From contig JBBQUW010000013.1 of assembly GCA_038212095.1 (NCBI GenBank), forward strand, positions 1,232 through 65,231: a DNA stretch of 64,000 nt, read 5' to 3'. Source of the DNA: Gaiellales bacterium (lineage in GTDB: Bacteria > Actinomycetota > Thermoleophilia > Gaiellales > JAICJC01). Both the position numbers and the translations under genes were made by a program. Every line of letters starts with the position of its first letter. Within the stretch, counting starts at the first letter, position 1. Positions 35,453-44,872 of the stretch are shown one piece after another. Under the pieces are notes generated by a model. The model searched no databases and was not told the DNA's origin. It saw only the letters and a list, made by a program, of their open reading frames with translations.

Positions 35453-36875
35453 GTGCCAGAAACGTGGGCCAATCTTGGTGTGGAGCTCCGGCTCGACCGC
35501 GATGGCGGGCGGCTGCGGGCGGAGATCGAGCGGGCGCTGCGAGAGGCTGTGCAGCGCGGATTTCTGCACCCCGGCGCGCGGCTGCCATCGTCTCGGCAGC
35601 TGGCGGCCGATCTCGGTGTGGCAAGAAACACCGTCGCGGAGGCGTACGCGCAGCTGGTGGCAGAGGGCTGGCTGTCCGCCCGCCAAGGTTCCGGCACGCG
35701 CGTCGCCGAGCGCGCCGCCGTCGCAGCGGCGCCGGCCATCGGCGAGCGGCCTGAGGTACGCGCCCGCTTCGACCTGCGGCCGGGGTCGCCCGACCTGGCG
35801 ATGTTCCCACGGGCGTCGTGGCTCGCCGCGACTCGGCGGGCGCTGGCGGGGGGCGCCCTACCACGCGCTTGGTAACGGCGACCCGCGGGGACGGTTGGAG
35901 CTGCGCGCCGCGCTGTCCGACTACCTGTCCCGCGTCCGCGGCGTCAGCGTCACGCCGGATCGGATCGTGGTCTGTAGCGGATTTACGCAGGCGCTGGGAC
36001 TGGTGTTGTCGGCGCAGCGCGAACGCGGCGTGCACCGCGTTGCCATGGAGGGCTACGGGCTGCCGCTGCACCGGGACGTGGCAATCGCGCAGCGGATGCG
36101 AGTGCAGACGCTGGCGGTCGATGGGGATGGGGCGATCGTCGACCGGCTGTCCGGCGCCGGCACGGTGCTGCTGACTCCGGCTCACCAGTTCCCGCTCGGC
36201 GTGGCACTCGCCCCCGATCGTCGTCGCCGCGTGGTGGAGTGGGCGGCCGACCACGGCGGGCTGGTCATCGAGGACGATTACGACGGCGAGTTTCGCTACG
36301 ACCGGCAGTCCGTGGGAGCGCTGCAGGCGCTGGCGCCTGATCGGATCGTCTACGCCGGTACCGCCAGCAAAGCGCTCGCGCCGGGCTTACGGCTGGCATG
36401 GCTGGCGGTGCCGCCCCCGCTGGCGGGGGGAGTCGTGGAGGCCAAACGGATCGCGGATGGCCACAGTGGCACGTTCGATCAGCTGACGCTGGCCGAGTTG
36501 CTGCGCACGGGGTCATACGAGCGGCACGTCCGCCGCTGCCGGTTGGCGTACCAGCGGCGTAGGAACAGCGTGGTGGAGACCGTGCGGCGACGCGTCCCGG
36601 ACGCCCGCATCACCGGCATTGCGGCCGGCCTGCACGCGCTGGTGGAGCTGCCACCCGGGCGCGGCGAGGCCGAGACGGTCGCGCGGGCGGCGGCGCTCGG
36701 GCTGGCGGTCGAGGGACTTGCGAGCTACCGAACCGGCGACCAGAAGCACAGACCGGCATTGGTGATCGGCTACGCGACGCCGCCCGAGCACGCCTTCGCG
36801 GCCAGCCTCGACAGGCTGTGCGCGGTGATCGGTGAGAGTACCCGCCGGCGCCCAGCGGGTAGTCTGGGCCGATGA
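35453..36875 (+). CDS. MocR/PdxR-type regulator (GntR HTH + aminotransferase-like domain); frameshifted as sequenced
   Basis: The HTH (LPSSRQLAADLGVARNTVAEAYAQL) is in frame 35453..35875. The PLP fold (GDPRGRLELRAALSDYL, GTASKALAPGLRLAW) is in frame 35400..36875. The frames switch at a G6 run. Confidence 0.8.
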
Positions 36876-37678
36876 AATCCTGGCCGAACGGCGCCCGCGG
36901 GGCGGTGGCATTCACGTTCGACTTCGACGCCGAGGAGGTCTGGATCGGCGACGACCCGGCCAACGCCGACCGGCCCGGCGTGCTCTCGCAGGGCACCTAC
37001 GGCGCCAAGGTGGCGGTGCCGCTGCTGCTGGATCTGCTGGAGCGGCACGGCCTCCAGCAGACCTTCTTCGTACCGGGCCGCGTGGCCGAACGCCACCCGG
37101 GACGCGTGCGCGAGATCCTCGCTGCCGGGCACGAGATCGGCCATCATGGCTACACGCACACCTCCCCCGCCGATCTCTCGCCGGCCGAGGAGGAGGCCGA
37201 GCTGGTGCGGGGGCTCGAGGCGTTGCGTGCGCTGGGCGCCGATCCGGTCGGATACCGCTCGCCGTCCTGGGAGCTCTCGCCTGCGACGATCGATCTGCTC
37301 ACCCGGCATGGATTCCGCTACTCGTCGAACTTCATGGACGACATCCGGCCCTACCGCCATGCCGGTGGCTCGCTGGTGGAGCTGCCGATCCAGTGGCTGC
37401 TCGACGATGCTCCCCACTTCTGGTTCAGCGGCGGGCAGGATTGGACGCGGTCGATTGCGGCCCCGTCCGCGGTGCGCGAGATCTGGTCGGCCGAGCTTGA
37501 CGGGATCGTTCGCCTGGGCGGGTGCTGCATCTTCACGATGCATCCCCAGGTGATCGGCCGGCCGCACCGGCTGGACTTCCTCGACCGCTTCATCGGCGAG
37601 GTGCGGGCGCGAGGCGACGTCTGGATCGCGACCTGCGGCGAGATCGCCGGGGCGGCTCCGATTGTCCCGGATGGCTGA
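36872..37678 (+). CDS. Polysaccharide deacetylase (NodB-homology) family protein
   Basis: FTFDFD, GHEIGHHGYTH and YRSPSWE. ATGA overlap with the MocR stop. Confidence 0.8.
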   Translation: MKSWPNGARGAVAFTFDFDAEEVWIGDDPANADRPGVLSQGTYGAKVAVPLLLDLLERHGLQQTFFVPGRVAERHPGRVREILAAGHEIGHHGYTHTSPADLSPAEEEAELVRGLEALRALGADPVGYRSPSWELSPATIDLLTRHGFRYSSNFMDDIRPYRHAGGSLVELPIQWLLDDAPHFWFSGGQDWTRSIAAPSAVREIWSAELDGIVRLGGCCIFTMHPQVIGRPHRLDFLDRFIGEVRARGDVWIATCGEIAGAAPIVPDG

Positions 37679-38006
37679 GCCATACTGGGACTGGCTGACG
37701 CGTGTGGCGCGGGAAGGTTCGGCCGAGGAGCTGCGCCGCGGCGTGCTCGAGCGGATGCCCGGCTGGGCGAACCGTGACTACCGCGACACGCTGATGGTGC
37801 TAGCTCCCGTCCATCATCTCGCCACCCGGCTCGCCATCGATGTGCCCGCGCTGTTCGATGAGGCTGCCGCCGTGGCCGGGCCGACCGCCGCGGCGATGGT
37901 TCGCGACTTCGGCCGGCGCGATCACGGCTCGCCGGGGGTGTTCGGCTTCGGCGTCGAGGAGTCGCCCGAGGGGCCGCGGTACTACAACGCGCTGGCGCGG
38001 CCGTGA
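37671..38006 (+). CDS. Hypothetical protein
   Basis: ATG 37671 overlaps the upstream stop (37676-37678). The product begins MAEPYWDWLTRVAREGSAEELRRG. No known motif. Confidence 0.45.
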   Translation: MAEPYWDWLTRVAREGSAEELRRGVLERMPGWANRDYRDTLMVLAPVHHLATRLAIDVPALFDEAAAVAGPTAAAMVRDFGRRDHGSPGVFGFGVEESPEGPRYYNALARP

Positions 38007-38049
38007 CGCGGATGTTGTCCGCCGGCGCAACCGTGTAGCCTCTCCGGTC

Positions 38050-38535
38050 GTGGCGACGTCCGAGCACTCGGAGCAACCCGGCGAGTCGGTCGATGCGCGG
38101 CGCAATCGCCAGCTGATGGAGCTGCTGAACGAGCTGCGGCTGGCCGTTCCCGGCGTTCAGATGTTGTTCGGGTTCCTTCTGGCCGTCCCCTTCAGCTCCC
38201 GCTTCTCGAACGTCACCACGGGAGCACGAAACCTGTACCTGGTGGCGTTCCTTTCCGCGGCCACGGCCTCGCTGTGCCTGATCGCCCCCACCTCGATCCA
38301 TCGGATCGTCTGGCAGCATGGCCAGAAGCAGCGGCTGCTGAAGATCGCGAACCGGCTGGCCATCGCCGGCACCGCCTTCCTCGCCGTCGCGATCTGCGCG
38401 GCGGTCGGTTTCGTCAGCCAGTTTCTGCTGGGCTGGAGCGTGGCGGCGGTTACCGCCGGTGTCGCCGCGCTGCTGTATGCGGGGCTCTGGTTCGTGCTGC
38501 CGGTCACCGAGCTGCTTCGCTCACACCACGACTAG
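38050..38535 (+). CDS. DUF6328-like membrane protein
   Basis: GTG 38050. RNRQLMELLNELRLAVPGVQMLFGFLLAVPFSSRF followed by TM helices and PTSIHRIVW. Confidence 0.6.
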   Translation: MATSEHSEQPGESVDARRNRQLMELLNELRLAVPGVQMLFGFLLAVPFSSRFSNVTTGARNLYLVAFLSAATASLCLIAPTSIHRIVWQHGQKQRLLKIANRLAIAGTAFLAVAICAAVGFVSQFLLGWSVAAVTAGVAALLYAGLWFVLPVTELLRSHHD

Positions 38536-38560
38536 CCATATACGTCGTGCTGCATGATGG

Positions 38561-40504
38561 CTATACGGCCTGGGCCGAGCTGCGGATCTCGACCAGCGCC
38601 GGCCCACCCGTCACCGCCATCGCCTCGCGCAGCGCCTGCTCGAGCTGGCCTCGGGTGTCGACGCGGAAACCGCGTCCGCCGCAGCTCTCGGCATATGCCG
38701 CGAAGTCGGGGTTGACCAGGTCGGTCTGCCACACCGGCCGGATCGCCGAGACGTGTTCGCGGCTGATCTTGCCCAGCTCGGAGTTGTTCAGCAGCACGTG
38801 CGTGATCGACATGCCGTACTTGACCGCGGTCGTGAATTCGGCCAGGTACTGGCCGAAGCCACCGTCTCCAGTGACGGCGATCACCTTGCGCGTCCCGCCG
38901 GTCGCCGCCCACGCTCCCATCGCGGCCGGGAAGCCAAACCCGATCGAGCCCAGGTAGCCCGACATCAGCACGTCCTGCCCAGGCTTGCACTCGAAGTAGT
39001 GACCGAATGCGTACGCGTTGTTGCCGACGTCCACCGCGATCACCGCGTCCGCTGGGGCGGCCTCACTCAGCGCTTCGAACACGGCTGCTGGGTGCATCCG
39101 GCCGGCGCCGTCGAGCAGCGCGGCGCGGCGGATCTTATCCTGCTGCCAGCGCTCAGTGCGACGGGCGATCACCGCCCGCTGTTTGGGCCGCTCGACCTGG
39201 GGCAGCCGCTGGCAGAGCACGGCCAGCGTCCGTCCGATGTCTCCCCACAGCGGCACGTCCACGGGGTGGAACTTGCCCAGCGCCATCCGGTCGAGATCGA
39301 CCTGGATGGTGGGCACGTACGTCGCGATACCGGTGTGGTTCGAGAATGAGGCGCCCAGCACCAACAGGCAGTCGCTTCGGGCCATCACGGCCGAGCCGAC
39401 GGGCGTTCCCGATCTGCCGAGTACACCACAGGCGAGCGGGTGGCCATCGGGAATCAGACCCTTGGCCTTGAAGGTGGTTATCACCGGCGCGTCGATTCGC
39501 TCGGCCAGCTCCACCACCGCCTCGCGGAACGGCCGGGCGCCGTTACCGACGATGATGGCCGGCCTCTCGGCCGCTTCGAGCATGCTGAGAGCGCGTTCCA
39601 GTTCGGCCTGCGGCGGGGCGATCTGGGGCTCGGCGACTCGTCCCAGGCGGGGCCGCTCGGGCGGGTCGTCGAGGCCGTCCAGCTCCTGCACCTCGTCGGG
39701 AAAGATCAGATGGGCGACGTCTCGGTTGACGACGGCGTGCTTGACCGCCAGCGCGGCGAGCTCGGTGGCATTCTTGGGTGACAACACTGTCTGGCTCCAC
39801 TCGCTGACGGCGTCGAAGGCGGCTGCGAGCGGCAGCTCCTGGAACGCTCCCGGGCCGACCACCTGCGTCTGCACCTGGCCGGTCAGCGCGAGGATCGGGG
39901 CGCGGTCGACCTTCGCGTCCCAGAGCCCGGTGAGCAGGTTGGTGGCACCCGGACCGGCGATCGAGAAGCAGGCCGCCGGCCGGCCGGTCAGCTTGGCGTA
40001 GCCGGATGCGGCGAACGCGGCGGCGCCCTCGTGGCGGATGCCGATGAACCGCAGCCTGCCCGCCTCCTCGGCCTTTCTCAACGCATCGGCCAGTCCCAGA
40101 TTGGAGTGACCGACCATGCCGAACACCGTGTCGATGCCCCACTCGGTCAGCACGTCCACCATCTGATCCATCAGCGTGACCCGCTCCCGCGGCACCGGCA
40201 GCTGCACGTAGAGGCCGTCGCCGCGCAGCTCGATCGGGTAGCCGGTGGCCGCGTCCGAGAAACCCTCGGGCGGCTTGCCCGTGCAGGGGTTGTACTCGTA
40301 GCCGTGCCAGGGGCAGATCACGTAGCCGTTCTCGATCTGACCGTCGCCCAGTGGTCCGCCCTGGTGCGGGCAGCGGTTGTCGAGCGCCCCATAGCCGTCG
40401 CTGGTGCGCGTGATGCAGATCGCGCGGCCGGCCGCCACAACCGTCGTCAAGCGGTCGACCTCGAGCTCGCCTGGCTCGACCTTGAACCACGCCGTCTCAA
40501 ACAT
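38561..40504 (-). CDS. Rieske [2Fe-2S] domain fused to a TPP-dependent enzyme (pyruvate oxidase/acetolactate synthase family)
   Basis: Rieske motifs CPHQGGPL and CPWHGYEY in the first ~110 aa. This is followed by the TPP fold (GMVGHSNLGLADAL, GPGATNLLTGL, GSIGFGFPAAMGA, VTGDGGFGQY). The ATG 40504 codon starts 8 nt upstream of the last base of the preceding gene's stop codon (40497). Confidence 0.8.
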   Translation of the reverse strand: MFETAWFKVEPGELEVDRLTTVVAAGRAICITRTSDGYGALDNRCPHQGGPLGDGQIENGYVICPWHGYEYNPCTGKPPEGFSDAATGYPIELRGDGLYVQLPVPRERVTLMDQMVDVLTEWGIDTVFGMVGHSNLGLADALRKAEEAGRLRFIGIRHEGAAAFAASGYAKLTGRPAACFSIAGPGATNLLTGLWDAKVDRAPILALTGQVQTQVVGPGAFQELPLAAAFDAVSEWSQTVLSPKNATELAALAVKHAVVNRDVAHLIFPDEVQELDGLDDPPERPRLGRVAEPQIAPPQAELERALSMLEAAERPAIIVGNGARPFREAVVELAERIDAPVITTFKAKGLIPDGHPLACGVLGRSGTPVGSAVMARSDCLLVLGASFSNHTGIATYVPTIQVDLDRMALGKFHPVDVPLWGDIGRTLAVLCQRLPQVERPKQRAVIARRTERWQQDKIRRAALLDGAGRMHPAAVFEALSEAAPADAVIAVDVGNNAYAFGHYFECKPGQDVLMSGYLGSIGFGFPAAMGAWAATGGTRKVIAVTGDGGFGQYLAEFTTAVKYGMSITHVLLNNSELGKISREHVSAIRPVWQTDLVNPDFAAYAESCGGRGFRVDTRGQLEQALREAMAVTGGPALVEIRSSAQAV

Positions 40505-41207
40505 GGCGCTGGATCCGGCCCCGCGCCTCACGCAAAAAGCTGAGCGCCGCTGCCATCGGATCGGCGCCGGCGATCAGCTGGGAGTGCAGCAGGGACGCGC
40601 CCTTGAACGTGGCATCGCCGAAGAACTCGTCGATCCTCCCGGCCCACGGCGACACGTACAGGTACGGCTCGGGATGGTGGCCGTCCCCGGGCGAGGCGCC
40701 GTATGTCCCGCGGTGGTTGGAGTCGTTGTCGCCCATGTCGATGGCGGCGTCGAAATGTTCGGGCCAGATCCGCACGATCGACGCCTCGTCGCGCGGGCCG
40801 GCCTCGGCTCGTAGCGTGTCGAGCGCCGCGGTGGCGAATGCGTACCATTGGCCCAGCGCGCTGGCCGCGTCGGCGTCGACCGCCAGCGGCGCATCCAGGT
40901 CGCCGTGCGGCGGCACGTCGAACTGCTCCTGCTGGGCGACGTCCGGCGTGATTCCAGCAGCGGCGGCGGCCGCGTTCAGCGTTGTGATGGGGCTCCTCGC
41001 CCCATCGACCACGAGGTGATCGCCTTCGACGCCTACCACGTGGCCGTCGAAGGCGAACGTCGAGAAGCCGCGCGGGGTGGCGCGCAGGATGACCTCGCCG
41101 TTCGCCAGCCGCTGGGCCGGTGCGATCACGTACACCGCAAGCCGGTGGAGCGCTTCGGTCGTCTCCAGGTACGCGGCTGGCAGCGGCGCCAGTGAGGTCG
41201 TGTTCAT
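40497..41207 (-). CDS. Hypothetical protein (coupled between the two Rieske fusions)
   Basis: ATG 41207 in an ATGA overlap with the upstream stop. 236 aa, with VRIWPEHFDAAIDMG and EPYLYVSPW. No family recognised. Confidence 0.55.
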   Translation of the reverse strand: MNTTSLAPLPAAYLETTEALHRLAVYVIAPAQRLANGEVILRATPRGFSTFAFDGHVVGVEGDHLVVDGARSPITTLNAAAAAAGITPDVAQQEQFDVPPHGDLDAPLAVDADAASALGQWYAFATAALDTLRAEAGPRDEASIVRIWPEHFDAAIDMGDNDSNHRGTYGASPGDGHHPEPYLYVSPWAGRIDEFFGDATFKGASLLHSQLIAGADPMAAALSFLREARGRIQRHV

Positions 41208-42848
41208 ACCACCCACTCCAGGTCGGTTCTTCGGGCCAGCTCGGGATCGAGCGTGGCCAGGTCGGTGCGGCACATGTCCGCCATCCGCTCGCGGCCGCAG
41301 ACACGGGCGAAGTCCACCATCATCGCGGTCGCCCGCGTGAAGAACTCGGTCAGCCTGCGGGCGGACTCGTCAACATCCAGCCGTCCGCGGAGCATCGGGT
41401 TCTGCGTGGCGATGCCCACCGGGCATCCACCCGAGTGGCAGGCGCGGTACTGCTGGCACCCGATCGCCATCAGGCTGGCAGTGGCCAGCGCCACGGCGTC
41501 AGCCCCAGCGCGAGCGCCTTGGCCATCTCGTCAGGCCCGCGGAAGCCGCCGGTCGCGACCAGCTGCACATCGGTCACGCCCTCATCCTCCAGAACCGGCG
41601 GGCGCGGTAGAGGCCAAACGCGGACGGGATGCCGACGTTGTCCTTGACGTGGACGGGGGCGGCGCCGGTACCACCGCCCAGGCCGTCGATGGTGATGTAG
41701 TCCGCGCCGCATTCGAGGGCGGCGGCCACGTCGCGCTCGACATCGCCGGCGGCGAACTTGATCCCGACCGGCACCCCGCCCGTCATCTCCTTGATCTCCG
41801 AGATGCGCCGAGCCAGGTCAGCCTTCGAGTGGATGTCGGGGAAGTGCGCGGGTGAGTGAACGTCGGTTCCGGCGGGCACTCCCCGCACGGCCGCGATCTC
41901 GGCGGTCACCTTCGAGCCCAGCAGCGTCCCGCCCAGCCCGGGCTTCGCACCCTGACCGATCTTGACCTCGATCGCGTTCGCCTTGGCGATGTTCTCCGCC
42001 GTCCAGCCGAAGTAGCCTGAGGCCATCTCGAAGATGTAGCGCTCGGCGTTGTCGCGTTCGCGCGGGTGGGCCCCGCCCTCACCGCTGGCGATCGCCGTGC
42101 CCGCCGCGGTGGCGCCGCGAGCGAGCGCCTCCTTCGCCTCCGGGCTGAGTGCTCCGTACGACATGTGGCTGACGAACAGCGGGATCGCAAGCGCGAGCGG
42201 TTTGGTGGCACGCGTGCCCAGAACCACCGACGTATCGACCGCGACATCGCCGAGCAGGGGCAGTCGATCGAGCTGCGCGGGTCGGAACACGAGTTCGTCG
42301 TAGGAGGGGTAGGGGCGCGCGTGCATCCCGGGCTCGTTTCGCTCCGAGCCCATCGCCTCGACGAACGGTCCGCCGCCTTCGGCAAGGTGATGCACCAGGT
42401 ACATGCCGCGGTCGTTGGCACCCCGGCGCGTCCACTCTCCCAGGTACACCCGCGGGCGGGCCGGCGCCGCCGCCACCCGCTCGGCATCGATCTCAACGGC
42501 GCCCTCGCGTACCCGCACGGGGTAGGTGGGCAGCGAGTCGCTCGGATTAAAGGGCGAGATCCCGGTTTGGAGGTCAAAGTCCCACGCGTGCAGGGGGCAG
42601 ATCGCCTTGCCATCCTCGACGTGGCCGTCACCGATCTGACCGCCGCGGTGAGGGCACAGGTTGCCGAGTGCGAACACCTCGTCGCCGTCCCGCATGATCG
42701 CGATCTCGGTGCCGTTGATCACCCGCACCACCCCCCGACCCGGCTCGATCTCATCCAGCCGGCAGGCGTGAGTCCAGCCGCTGCACGCGTTTCGCTCACC
42801 CATCGGAACCCGCTGCCGCCCGCCCCGTTGCCGCTCAACGTACGCCAT
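41204..42848 (-). CDS. Rieske [2Fe-2S] domain fused to an FMN-binding glutamate-synthase-like (GltB central domain) protein; two frameshifts as sequenced
   Basis: Rieske motifs CPHRGGQI and CPLHAWDF. GltS-like core (SHMSYGALS, KIGQGAKPGLGG, ITIDGLGGGTGAAP). The continuation VTDVQLVATGGFRGPDEMAKALALG and the end LMAIGCQQYRACHSGGCPVGIATQ are in two other frames (track ORFs 41470..41712 and 41204..41494). Confidence 0.8.
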
Positions 42849-42953
42849 ATCTCGCACTCCCGAGTCGAAGATCGCCGAGATACTGTCACCCTCGCGCGCG
42901 CCGCGTTACAGACCGAGCGTAACGAATCCCGGGTCGCGGCGACTGCCGTCACC

Positions 42954-44183
42954 ATGGAAGCTGTCAGCTTCGACAACCTCGCGATCATCGCAGCCGTCGC
43001 GTTCGCGGCGCCGCTCGTGCTCGGGCTCGCGCCGTGGCTACGGGCGCCGTCGGTGCTGATCGAGATCCTCGCAGGAGTGCTGCTCGGGCCCTCTCTGCTG
43101 GGCTGGGTGCAGGCTGACACGGCGGTGCAGGTGCTCTCGTTGATCGGTGTCGGCTACCTCCTGCTGCTGGCCGGCATCGAGATCGATTTCGACCAGCTGC
43201 GCGGCCAGGTGCTGCGGGTCGCGTTGCTGGGCTTCGTCGTCTCGTTTGCACTGGCACTGGCGGTGGCGTACGGGCTCTGGGCTGCGGGTGCGGTGCGCTC
43301 TCCCTTCCTGATCGCCGTCATGCTCTCGGCGACCTCGCTGGCGGTGCTGCTGCCACTGCTCAAGGACACCGGTCTGATCAGCTCGCGCTTCGGCCAGATC
43401 GTGATCGCCGGTGCCTCGGTGGCGGACGCCGTCGCCACGGTCATCCTGCTGTCGCTGTTCTTCTCGGGTCAGCCGACGTCGCTCGAGTCCCGGTTCGTGC
43501 TCTTTGGCGTGTTCGGCGCGCTGTGCGTCATCGCCGCCGCGATGATCGTCGCCGGCGGCCGCGTGACGCGGCTGTCGGGCGTGCTGCTCGCCCTTCAGGA
43601 CACGACCGCCCAGATCCGGGTGCGGGGGACGTTCGTGCTGCTGCTTGCGTTCAGCATCGTTGCTCAGCGATTCGGCCTCGAGGCGATCCTCGGGACGTTC
43701 ATCGCGGGCGCGATCCTGAAGCTGGCCGATCGCGATCAGATGATGACGCACTCGCACTTCCACGAGAAGCTCGAGGAGGCGGGATTTGGGTTCTTCATCC
43801 CCGTCTTCTTCGTGTCCAGCGGCGTACGGCTGGATGCACATGCGCTGGTGTCGAGCGGATCCGCACTCGCCAAGGTTCCCGTGTTCCTGCTCGCGCTGTA
43901 CGTCGTGCGCGGGCTGCCGGCTCTGCTCTATCGGCCGCTGATCGGCGGCAGGCTGACGGTTGCGGCCGCGGCGCTCCAGGCGACGACCTTGAGCTTTGTC
44001 CTGATCGCCTCGCAGATCGGCGAGCAGCTCGGCCTGATCACGGCGGCGACCACGGCGGCCCTCACCGCTGCGGCCCTGCTCTCGGTGCTGATCAACCCCG
44101 TGATCGCGATCACCCTGCTGCGCTCGACGCCGGCCACCCCCGCTCCGGCAGGCGGTTCACCGCCGGCCACGGGCCAGCAGTGA
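42954..44183 (+). CDS. Cation:proton antiporter (CPA2/Na+-H+ exchanger family)
   Basis: ATG 42954 inside track ORF 42066..44183. About a dozen TM helices with LIEILAGVLLGPSLLG and LLLLAGIEIDF. Confidence 0.8.
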   Translation: MEAVSFDNLAIIAAVAFAAPLVLGLAPWLRAPSVLIEILAGVLLGPSLLGWVQADTAVQVLSLIGVGYLLLLAGIEIDFDQLRGQVLRVALLGFVVSFALALAVAYGLWAAGAVRSPFLIAVMLSATSLAVLLPLLKDTGLISSRFGQIVIAGASVADAVATVILLSLFFSGQPTSLESRFVLFGVFGALCVIAAAMIVAGGRVTRLSGVLLALQDTTAQIRVRGTFVLLLAFSIVAQRFGLEAILGTFIAGAILKLADRDQMMTHSHFHEKLEEAGFGFFIPVFFVSSGVRLDAHALVSSGSALAKVPVFLLALYVVRGLPALLYRPLIGGRLTVAAAALQATTLSFVLIASQIGEQLGLITAATTAALTAAALLSVLINPVIAITLLRSTPATPAPAGGSPPATGQQ

Positions 44184-44228
44184 TCGCCTCGGCCGGCAGC
44201 CGCGCAGGGGATGGGATATGTATGACGC

Positions 44229-44867
44229 GTGGTGCCCACAACGTACGCGGGGGATATGGAGTTGGTGCGGGCCCTGCGGGCGGGCGAGGAGGCGGCCTTC
44301 TCGCAGCTCGTCGACACGTTCGGGCGCTCGATGCTGCGCGTCGCATCGCTCTACGTTCGCGATCGCGCGGTGGCGGAGGAGGTCGTCCAGGAGGTCTGGA
44401 TCGGGGTGATGAGAGGGATCGACCGGTTCGAGGGTCGTGCGTCGCTTCGCACCTGGCTCTTCAGCATCCTGGTCAACACCGCAAAGACGCGTGGCGCACG
44501 CGAGGCGCGATCGGTACCTTTCGCGGCGCTCGGCGATGACGCCGTGCAGCCGGCGGTTCCTGAGGATCGCTTCCTGGCGGATGGAACGGCGTGGCCGGGA
44601 CATTGGACGAACGGCCCTGCGCAGTGGGGTGCGCCGCTCGATCGACTGTTGTCGAGGGAGACGCGCGACGTGATCGCAGGTGCCATCGACCGGCTGCCCG
44701 AGATGCAGCGGCGGGTCGTCTCTCTGCGCGATGTGGAGGGCTGGTCGTCGGGGGAGGTCTGCAACGTCTTGGAGATCTCGGAGACCAATCAGCGGGTGCT
44801 GCTGCACCGGGCGCGGTCACGGCTGCGCGAGGCGATCGAGCGAAGCGCGATCGAGGGGAACGACTGA
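44229..44867 (+). CDS. ECF (group IV) sigma-70 factor
   Basis: Region 2 (AEEVVQEVWIGVMRGIDRFEG, LRTWLFSILVN) and region 4 (LPEMQRRVVSLRDVEGWS..EVCNVLEISETNQRVLLHRARSRLR). An alternative ATG lies at 44256. Confidence 0.85.
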   Translation: MVPTTYAGDMELVRALRAGEEAAFSQLVDTFGRSMLRVASLYVRDRAVAEEVVQEVWIGVMRGIDRFEGRASLRTWLFSILVNTAKTRGAREARSVPFAALGDDAVQPAVPEDRFLADGTAWPGHWTNGPAQWGAPLDRLLSRETRDVIAGAIDRLPEMQRRVVSLRDVEGWSSGEVCNVLEISETNQRVLLHRARSRLREAIERSAIEGND

Positions 44868-44872
44868 GCACG

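Noticed and set aside
34326-35853. Programmed ribosomal frameshifting at the Pat-like and MocR sites
   Set aside because: There is no slippery heptamer or downstream pseudoknot-like structure. All the sites are plain short G/C runs, and five such events occur in unrelated genes.
41470-41712. 80-aa minus ORF as an independent small gene
   Set aside because: Its only protein-like part (LEDEGVTDVQLVATGGFRGPDEMAKALALG) is the missing middle of the GltS-like gene. It is treated as a frameshift fragment.
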